Assembly (NCBI GenBank): GCA_965224065.1
Contig: CBDCYF010000005.1
Span: forward strand, 3,596,491-3,660,490
Origin: Candidatus Multivoradales bacterium
Lineage (GTDB): Bacteria; Acidobacteriota; Thermoanaerobaculia; Multivoradales; JAHEKO01
DNA: 64,000 nt
Reading direction: 5' to 3'
Shown here: positions 58,592 to 64,000 of the stretch, piece after piece
Position numbering within the stretch: position 1 is the stretch's first letter
Layout: each line of letters starts with the position of its first letter
The notes under the pieces: model-generated
Seen by the model: the letters and a program-made list of their open reading frames with translations, nothing else
Told to the model about the DNA's origin: nothing
Database searches by the model: none
Program-made: the position numbers and the translations under genes

Positions 58592-58867
58592 GTGAAGTAC
58601 TTCTCTTGGAACGCGGAGAAGAACGACCAGCTACGTGCCGAGAGAGGAATTACCTTTGAGGAGATCGTCTTTCATATCGAACGCGGCGACATTCTGGACC
58701 TACTCGAACACCCGAACCAGGACCGCTATGCAGGCCAGCGCGTTTTTGTAGTCGAGGTGAATGAATACGCTTACATCGTGCCGTTTGTCGAGGCGGAGAC
58801 GGAGATTTTTTTGAAGACCATCATTCCGAGCCGGAAGGCAACTAAGAAGTATCTGGGAGACTCGTGA
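58592..58867 (+). CDS. brnT: BrnT-family RNase toxin (type II TA)
   Basis: FSWNAEKNDQLRAERGITFEEI, VPFVE, FLKTIIPSRKATK; AT-richer than its neighbours. Confidence 0.85.
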   Translation: MKYFSWNAEKNDQLRAERGITFEEIVFHIERGDILDLLEHPNQDRYAGQRVFVVEVNEYAYIVPFVEAETEIFLKTIIPSRKATKKYLGDS

Positions 58868-59145
58868 TGACGAAGCTGGACAAGGACGAGCGCGAGTTGT
58901 TGGAGGCGATAGAAGCCGGCAAGCTGAAATCGGTTCGCCGAAAGAAGGGTGAGATTTCGCGCTACCGAGAGTACGCGAAGGCCACTTTCAAAAAGGATCG
59001 CCGGATCAATATCCGAATCTCGACAAAGGATCTCGAGGCGCTTCAAAAAAGAGCGCTGGAGGAGGGTATTCCCTACCAAACTCTGGTTTCCAGTGTTTTG
59101 CACAAGTATGTGTCCGGCCGGCTGGAAGAGCGTGGTCTCAGATAG
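58867..59145 (+). CDS. RHH/CopG-type antitoxin
   Basis: TGATG-coupled to the toxin; KDRRINIRIS..DL..LQKRALEEGIPYQTLVSSVLHKY. Confidence 0.85.
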   Translation: MTKLDKDERELLEAIEAGKLKSVRRKKGEISRYREYAKATFKKDRRINIRISTKDLEALQKRALEEGIPYQTLVSSVLHKYVSGRLEERGLR

Positions 59146-59166
59146 TCAGCTTTGAGGTAGACCGCC

Positions 59167-60090
59167 ATGTCGATCCGACCCATCAAGCAACTGATCAAGG
59201 CCAAGCCCACCATCGAGGGTGCGGGGGTTCACTTGAACCGCGCCTTCGGGTTTGGCAAGACTCGCGAGTTCGATCCGTTTCTGCTCCTGGATGACTTCCG
59301 CAACGAGCGCCCCGAGGACTATCTCGCCGGTTTTCCGTGGCACCCGCACCGCGGTATCGAGACCATCACCTATGTGCTTTCGGGAAGCGTCGATCACGCC
59401 GACAGCCTGGGCAACGCGGGAACGATCGGCGGCGGCGACGTCCAGTGGATGACCGCCGGGAGCGGCATCATTCATCAGGAGATGCCGCACGGCGACGCCG
59501 AGGGCCGTATGCACGGCTTTCAGCTCTGGGCCAATCTGCCCTCGTCGCTCAAGATGACGCCACCGCGTTATCAGGAGATTCCCAGCGGTGGGATCCCCGA
59601 GGTGACCGAGGATGACGGCACCAAGATCCGGGTCATCTGCGGCGAGATCTGGGGCGCGCGGGGGCCGGTGGATGGAATTGCCGCCGACCCGCAATACATC
59701 GATGTCTCGGTGCCGCCCAACCGCCGGCGAAGCCTTCCGGTCGAGACCACGCGGCACGCCTTTGCCTATGTGTTTGCGGGCTCCGGCCGGTTTTGCAACG
59801 CATCGGGGCCGCTCGACGTCCCGACCGAGGGTATGGGCTGGGCCGACACTTCGCTCTCCGAGGAAGCCGACAACCGCTCGCTGGTGCTCTTCGATCGCGG
59901 TGACGAGGTGACCGTCCAGGCGGGCGAGGAGGGGATCCGGTTTTTGCTGGTCTCGGGCAAGCCGCTCAAGGAGCCGGTGGCCTGGTACGGACCGATCGTG
60001 ATGAACACGCAGGCGGAGCTTCGCCAAGCCTTCGAGGAGTACCAGGCCGGGACTTTTCTCAAGGAAGGCGACGCCAGAAGCGATCGCTGA
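59167..60090 (+). CDS. Pirin family protein
   Basis: EGAGV, DPFLLLD, HPHRGIETITY, MTAGSGIIHQE, GFQLWANL, YGPIVMNT. Confidence 0.95.
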   Translation: MSIRPIKQLIKAKPTIEGAGVHLNRAFGFGKTREFDPFLLLDDFRNERPEDYLAGFPWHPHRGIETITYVLSGSVDHADSLGNAGTIGGGDVQWMTAGSGIIHQEMPHGDAEGRMHGFQLWANLPSSLKMTPPRYQEIPSGGIPEVTEDDGTKIRVICGEIWGARGPVDGIAADPQYIDVSVPPNRRRSLPVETTRHAFAYVFAGSGRFCNASGPLDVPTEGMGWADTSLSEEADNRSLVLFDRGDEVTVQAGEEGIRFLLVSGKPLKEPVAWYGPIVMNTQAELRQAFEEYQAGTFLKEGDARSDR

Positions 60091-60096
60091 GCGTCG

Positions 60097-60714
60097 TTGC
60101 CGCCGGTGGATTCGGTTGTTTTCGAGAACGGTCTCGGCGACTCGGACCGCGCACGGGCGGCCAATCTCTACTTCGAAGCGTTCCGGCAGAAGCTCGGCCC
60201 GATTCTCGGGGACGACGGGGAAGCCCTTCTGGCCGAGACTTTTTGTCTCGACCGGGCGATTGTCGCCAGACACGCCGGCGAAGTCGTGGGGCTGGCTGGG
60301 TTCCACTACGACGGCCGCGCGTTGGTGGGCATCGAGTGGCCGGATCTGCGTCGCAGATACGGCTGGCTCGGCGGGGCGACGCGCGCCTTCTGGTTGTCGC
60401 TTTTCGAGCGGAAGCCCGCAGAGGGCGAGCTGTTGATGGACGGAATCGTGGTGGCCGCGTCGGGCCGCGGGCGGGGAGTCGGGTCCGAGCTCTTGCGGCG
60501 GATCGTGGATGTCGCGCAAGGTCATGGCTGCACTCAGGTGCGTCTGGATGTAGTCGACACGAACCCAGGAGCCAGGCGGCTGTACGAGCGCCACGGGTTC
60601 GAGGCGGTCAAGACCGAATCGATCCCGTGGCTGCGGCGGAGGTTCGGTTTTGGCGCCTCGACGACGATGGTCCGGAAGATCCACCCGAAAAACGGGGACA
60701 GTCCCCTTTTTTAG
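60097..60714 (+). CDS. GNAT family N-acetyltransferase
   Basis: LMDGIVV..GRGRGVGSELL, LDVVDTNPGARRLYERHGF. Confidence 0.88.
   Translation: MPPVDSVVFENGLGDSDRARAANLYFEAFRQKLGPILGDDGEALLAETFCLDRAIVARHAGEVVGLAGFHYDGRALVGIEWPDLRRRYGWLGGATRAFWLSLFERKPAEGELLMDGIVVAASGRGRGVGSELLRRIVDVAQGHGCTQVRLDVVDTNPGARRLYERHGFEAVKTESIPWLRRRFGFGASTTMVRKIHPKNGDSPLF
60688..60712. repeat. GGGGACAGTCCCC palindrome with A/T flanks where two convergent genes meet
   Basis: AAAAAC-GGGGAC-A-GTCCCC-TTTTTT; encodes the last residues of the GNAT (KNGDSPLF). Confidence 0.55.
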
Positions 60715-61856
60715 TCGAGCTCGATGACCTGGCTCGCGGCCAGCAGCCAGGCGCCGGCTCCGTACGGCGCAGTGTCGCGGCGCGATACCTTGCCGGGCTC
60801 GGAGGCGGGCCGTTGGACCCAGCCCAGCCGGCCTTCGCCGTCGATGTTGCGGTGCAGCCCGGACCAGGCGCGCCGGATTGCGGGGAGGTAGGTCTCACGG
60901 TGGAGAACGCCGTGGTTGACGCCCCAGGAGAGCGCGTAGCAAAAAAGCGCCGAACCGCTGCTCTCGCCGGGGGCACCGGAAGCCGTCGCCAGCAGGTCGG
61001 TGCGCCACAGCCCGTCGGCCGCTTGCAACGCCGCGATCCTCGAGGCCATCTGGGTGAACACCGCGAGGTAAAACGCGCGGCTGTCCCGCTCCTCGGGAAG
61101 CTCGTCGAGAAGCAGTGCCAATCCGGCAAGGACCCAGCCGTTGGCGCGTGACCAGAACACCTTGCCGTCGACGTCGTCGAACGCGTCCGGCCGTCCGGAC
61201 AGGTAGCGAGAATCGCGGTAGAAGAGTCGCTCTTCCGGGTCGTAGAGCAGATCGTGGGCCTCGCGCCACTTGCGATCCAGAAAGTCGAGATAGCGGCTAT
61301 CCCGTGTCACCGTCGCCAGCTTCGCCACCGCGGGTGGTGACATAAACAGCGCGTCGGCCCACCAGTAGTCGATGGGCTGGTGCCGCTTGGGCCAGCCGGC
61401 GGGCTCCGCCATCATTTGCTCGATGACTTTGCGAAAGGGCTCGGCCATCCGGGGTTCGTCGTGGAGACGCGCAAGCTCCACGTAAGTCTGGGCGATGACA
61501 TGGTCATCGGCGTGGCGAAGCCGCGGCCCGGGAAGCCAGTTTTGCGCTTCCGCAATGCGAGTGACCTCTGCCAGGTACTCTGGGTCGCCGGTCGCATCGT
61601 AGGCCGCAGTCAGCCCGACCAGAAAGACCGCGTTGGTCCACTCCCGAGGGTCGCCCCGGAGATGGGCGAGTTGCCAGCCCGCGACTCTCCGGATCGCGGC
61701 TCGAATCTCGTCCTCTTGGGTGGGGACCGGGTACGGAACAGCCGCTGGTTCGGTTTTTGCCTGTCCGGTCTCGAACTGGCAGGCGCACAGGACGAGGAGA
61801 CAGCCGGTGGCGGCGAGCGTGCGCCCCTTCAAGTCGAGACGCTCATGCGGTCTCAC
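60711..61856 (-). CDS. Glycoside hydrolase family 105/88 (unsaturated uronyl hydrolase) lipoprotein
   Basis: Lipobox LCAC; WTNAVF, HADD, WWADALFM, FWSRANGWV, GLW..LL, ESSGSALF, YGAGAWLLA. Confidence 0.88.
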   Translation of the reverse strand: MRPHERLDLKGRTLAATGCLLVLCACQFETGQAKTEPAAVPYPVPTQEDEIRAAIRRVAGWQLAHLRGDPREWTNAVFLVGLTAAYDATGDPEYLAEVTRIAEAQNWLPGPRLRHADDHVIAQTYVELARLHDEPRMAEPFRKVIEQMMAEPAGWPKRHQPIDYWWADALFMSPPAVAKLATVTRDSRYLDFLDRKWREAHDLLYDPEERLFYRDSRYLSGRPDAFDDVDGKVFWSRANGWVLAGLALLLDELPEERDSRAFYLAVFTQMASRIAALQAADGLWRTDLLATASGAPGESSGSALFCYALSWGVNHGVLHRETYLPAIRRAWSGLHRNIDGEGRLGWVQRPASEPGKVSRRDTAPYGAGAWLLAASQVIELD

Positions 61857-64000
61857 GCCCCGGCCAGCCCCTTTTCGGTAGCTTCGGTGACGATCTCCTG
61901 GTTGTCGCGGATCTGGAACAGGTACCGGTGACGCTGCTCGTGGCTCAGGTGACCCGCTTTTTCGAGCACGCCTTGGTAGGCCTTGTCGAGATAGGTCAAT
62001 GGGTCCCCAACCTTGAGACCGGCGGCCGTGAGGTGGTCGAGCCCTTGATAGAGACGGTGGGAAAGGTGGTCGCCGACGTCGGATGACGGCAGGTCGGCCA
62101 GTAGATTCTTGAGCTCGGTGGTGTGCTGCCGCACCGCTCCGGTGTCGCCCTCGGCCAGGGCGATCGCCAGCAGGCTGGACAAATCGAGCGCCGTCCCCTC
62201 GAGGTCGCCCTCGGCGCGGTGCCGGTCGGCCGCAGCCTGGCAGCGTGTTTTGGCGCGGTCGTGGTGTCGCCGGCTCAGGTGAACGCGACCGATCAACGCC
62301 TCGGCGTCGGCCAGGTGTCCTTCATCGGAGATCATGCTGAGCTGGAAGTGGGCTTCGCGTGCCCGCTCCAATGCGGCGTCCGGCTGGCCGATGTCGAAAT
62401 AGTTTTGTGCCACCGCGAGCTGCGCGATGGCCACGCCGGCGGCGTCGTCCCGATCCATGCGTAGCGCCAGCGCGCGCCGTACCGGCCCGGTGGCACCGGT
62501 GTAGTCGCCCATGCGGCTCATCGCCTTGGCGACTCCGAGGAGGGCGTAGCTGGCGTCGGCCGCCTTGCCGTGCTCCTCAAGGAGCCGCTGGGCTTCGCTG
62601 TATCGCTCGAGGGCGGTGGGGTAGTGGCCACGCGCGATGGCCACCGCGCCGAGCGCCGAAAGCGAGGCACCGGTCGGCCCCGCCAGGTCGTGGCGGCGGC
62701 GTTCTTCCAGCGCGGCCAGGTGGTTTCGCTCGGCGTCTTCGTGTCGACCCTGTCGAAGGGCGATGTTCCCGAGGTAGAAATCGCAGCTCGCCGTCAGCGG
62801 GCTGGCCCCCCCCTGGCCGACCGCTTCCCGGACATTGATGAACAGTTCGTGCGCCTCGTCGAGACGTTGCTGGCGCTGGAGCAAGCGGCCCAGTTGAATC
62901 AATAGCAGGGCCTTGCGTGCCGGCTCCGCGCCGGACGCCGCCTCGAGCGCTTTCTTGATCGTCCGCTCGGCGATCTCCAGCCGTCCGGCCTCTTGCTCCA
63001 TCTCGGCCTTGATGCTGGCCAGGGCGATCAGCCGCAGCGGCTCCGATTCTCCCAGCTCGACGCCGCGCGCCAGCTCCTTTTCATAGTTCCGAAGCAGGCC
63101 CTGCCGCCGAGCCAGCGGCAGCAGCCGCCACAACAGCTCCAGCTCGATCGCCGGATCGCCGCCACTGTCGTGATGACGTCTGAGCTCGTCGGTCAGGGCG
63201 TCGAGCAGCTCGCGCTGCGGCAATTTGGCGGCGTGCGCGCTTTTGACCAGTTTGAGCAGCGGTTCGATCGCCTCGGGCGTTCCCGCCAGCAGCCGGTAAG
63301 CGCGCCAGTGCGCCTCACCGCCCTCTCCGGTCTCGGCCAGCAGCTCTCCGACCCGCCGTTTGAGCCTGTCGCGGTCGTCTTCGGTGAGCGTTTGTTCGAG
63401 CGCCTCTCGTTGCGCGATCGTTGCAAGAGTCACCCCCGGTCCCCAGGGCGAGTCGGCGGCCGTCAGGATCCCGGCGTCGGTCAGCGGTGCCGCCCAGCCG
63501 GCGCCGGTGTCGTGACCGATCAAAGAAGCGGCGGACGCCAGCTCGGCCTCCGGAGCGGCTTCGTCGAGCAGGCTCAGGAGGCGAACCGGCCAGGGGTCGG
63601 TCAGCCGACCGACCTCGGATTCGAGGTGGCGAACAAACCGATGAGACGGAGCAAAGGGCCGCTCGGGGTTTCCGGCGAAGAAGAAACTGCCGTAGACCCG
63701 CCGCAGGCTCTTGTCGTGCACGAGCGCGAAGAGCCCTTCCTCGAGGGCAAACGGGTTGCCACCGATCTCGCCCAGAAATCGGTCCAGGAGCTTGCCGGGC
63801 AGGGCGAAGCCGACCGTGAGCTGTTCGGCGAGCTCGCGAATCTCGCTTTTGCTCATGACGTCGACCGGAATTTCGGCCGCCGACGAAAAACGATCGCTCC
63901 AGCGAGTCCCGGTACGGCCGATCAGGACGAGCCGCAAGGACCCCGCCACCGTCTCGATGTTGGCGATTCGGTCCAGAAACTCCGCATCGAGATCCCCCAG
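61853..64000 (-). CDS. Large NTPase-associated / TPR-repeat protein, C-terminal part (5' end outside the window)
   Basis: Frame stays open to 64000; GGNPFALEE (helical domain of STAND-like ATPases) followed by many TPR-like helices. Confidence 0.75.
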   Translation of the reverse strand: MGDLDAEFLDRIANIETVAGSLRLVLIGRTGTRWSDRFSSAAEIPVDVMSKSEIRELAEQLTVGFALPGKLLDRFLGEIGGNPFALEEGLFALVHDKSLRRVYGSFFFAGNPERPFAPSHRFVRHLESEVGRLTDPWPVRLLSLLDEAAPEAELASAASLIGHDTGAGWAAPLTDAGILTAADSPWGPGVTLATIAQREALEQTLTEDDRDRLKRRVGELLAETGEGGEAHWRAYRLLAGTPEAIEPLLKLVKSAHAAKLPQRELLDALTDELRRHHDSGGDPAIELELLWRLLPLARRQGLLRNYEKELARGVELGESEPLRLIALASIKAEMEQEAGRLEIAERTIKKALEAASGAEPARKALLLIQLGRLLQRQQRLDEAHELFINVREAVGQGGASPLTASCDFYLGNIALRQGRHEDAERNHLAALEERRRHDLAGPTGASLSALGAVAIARGHYPTALERYSEAQRLLEEHGKAADASYALLGVAKAMSRMGDYTGATGPVRRALALRMDRDDAAGVAIAQLAVAQNYFDIGQPDAALERAREAHFQLSMISDEGHLADAEALIGRVHLSRRHHDRAKTRCQAAADRHRAEGDLEGTALDLSSLLAIALAEGDTGAVRQHTTELKNLLADLPSSDVGDHLSHRLYQGLDHLTAAGLKVGDPLTYLDKAYQGVLEKAGHLSHEQRHRYLFQIRDNQEIVTEATEKGLAGA

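Overview
High-GC bacterial chromosome segment, most likely Acidobacteriota (Thermoanaerobaculia-like), judged from the GWxTD/VWFA protein, the FG-GAP/ASPIC-UnbV proteins, the Cys-rich M36 protease and the respiratory gene order; the taxonomy is an inference. A respiratory supercluster dominates the window: monoheme cytochrome c, Rieske protein, split cytochrome b, octaheme cytochrome c, a cupredoxin-like lipoprotein, heme A and heme O synthases, and an A-type cytochrome c oxidase in the unusual order I-III-IV-orf-orf-II. It is interleaved with secreted/periplasmic proteins and housekeeping genes (tnaA-like lyase, arfB, tag, mvaS, yhaM-like, USPs, pirin, a BrnT/antitoxin pair). The most striking signal is two genes about 6 kb apart that the ORF track splits at an in-frame TGA, each followed by a hairpin with the same CAnGUC motif at +16..+21, resembling the E. 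coli fdhF SECIS. One is a DsbA-like thioredoxin with U-P-F-C in place of C-P-F-C. The other is a ~1303-aa lipoprotein (FG-GAP propeller, DL-U-SFFWRQ, ASPIC/UnbV, TlpA thioredoxin, TPR), a candidate selenoprotein whose Sec lies outside any thioredoxin motif. A second ASPIC/UnbV protein is co-transcribed with a membrane-anchored multiheme cytochrome, suggesting these propellers work in periplasmic redox chemistry. No rRNA, tRNA or CRISPR array was found; GTAG-type REP elements are present. No database searches were run, so novelty claims are unverified.
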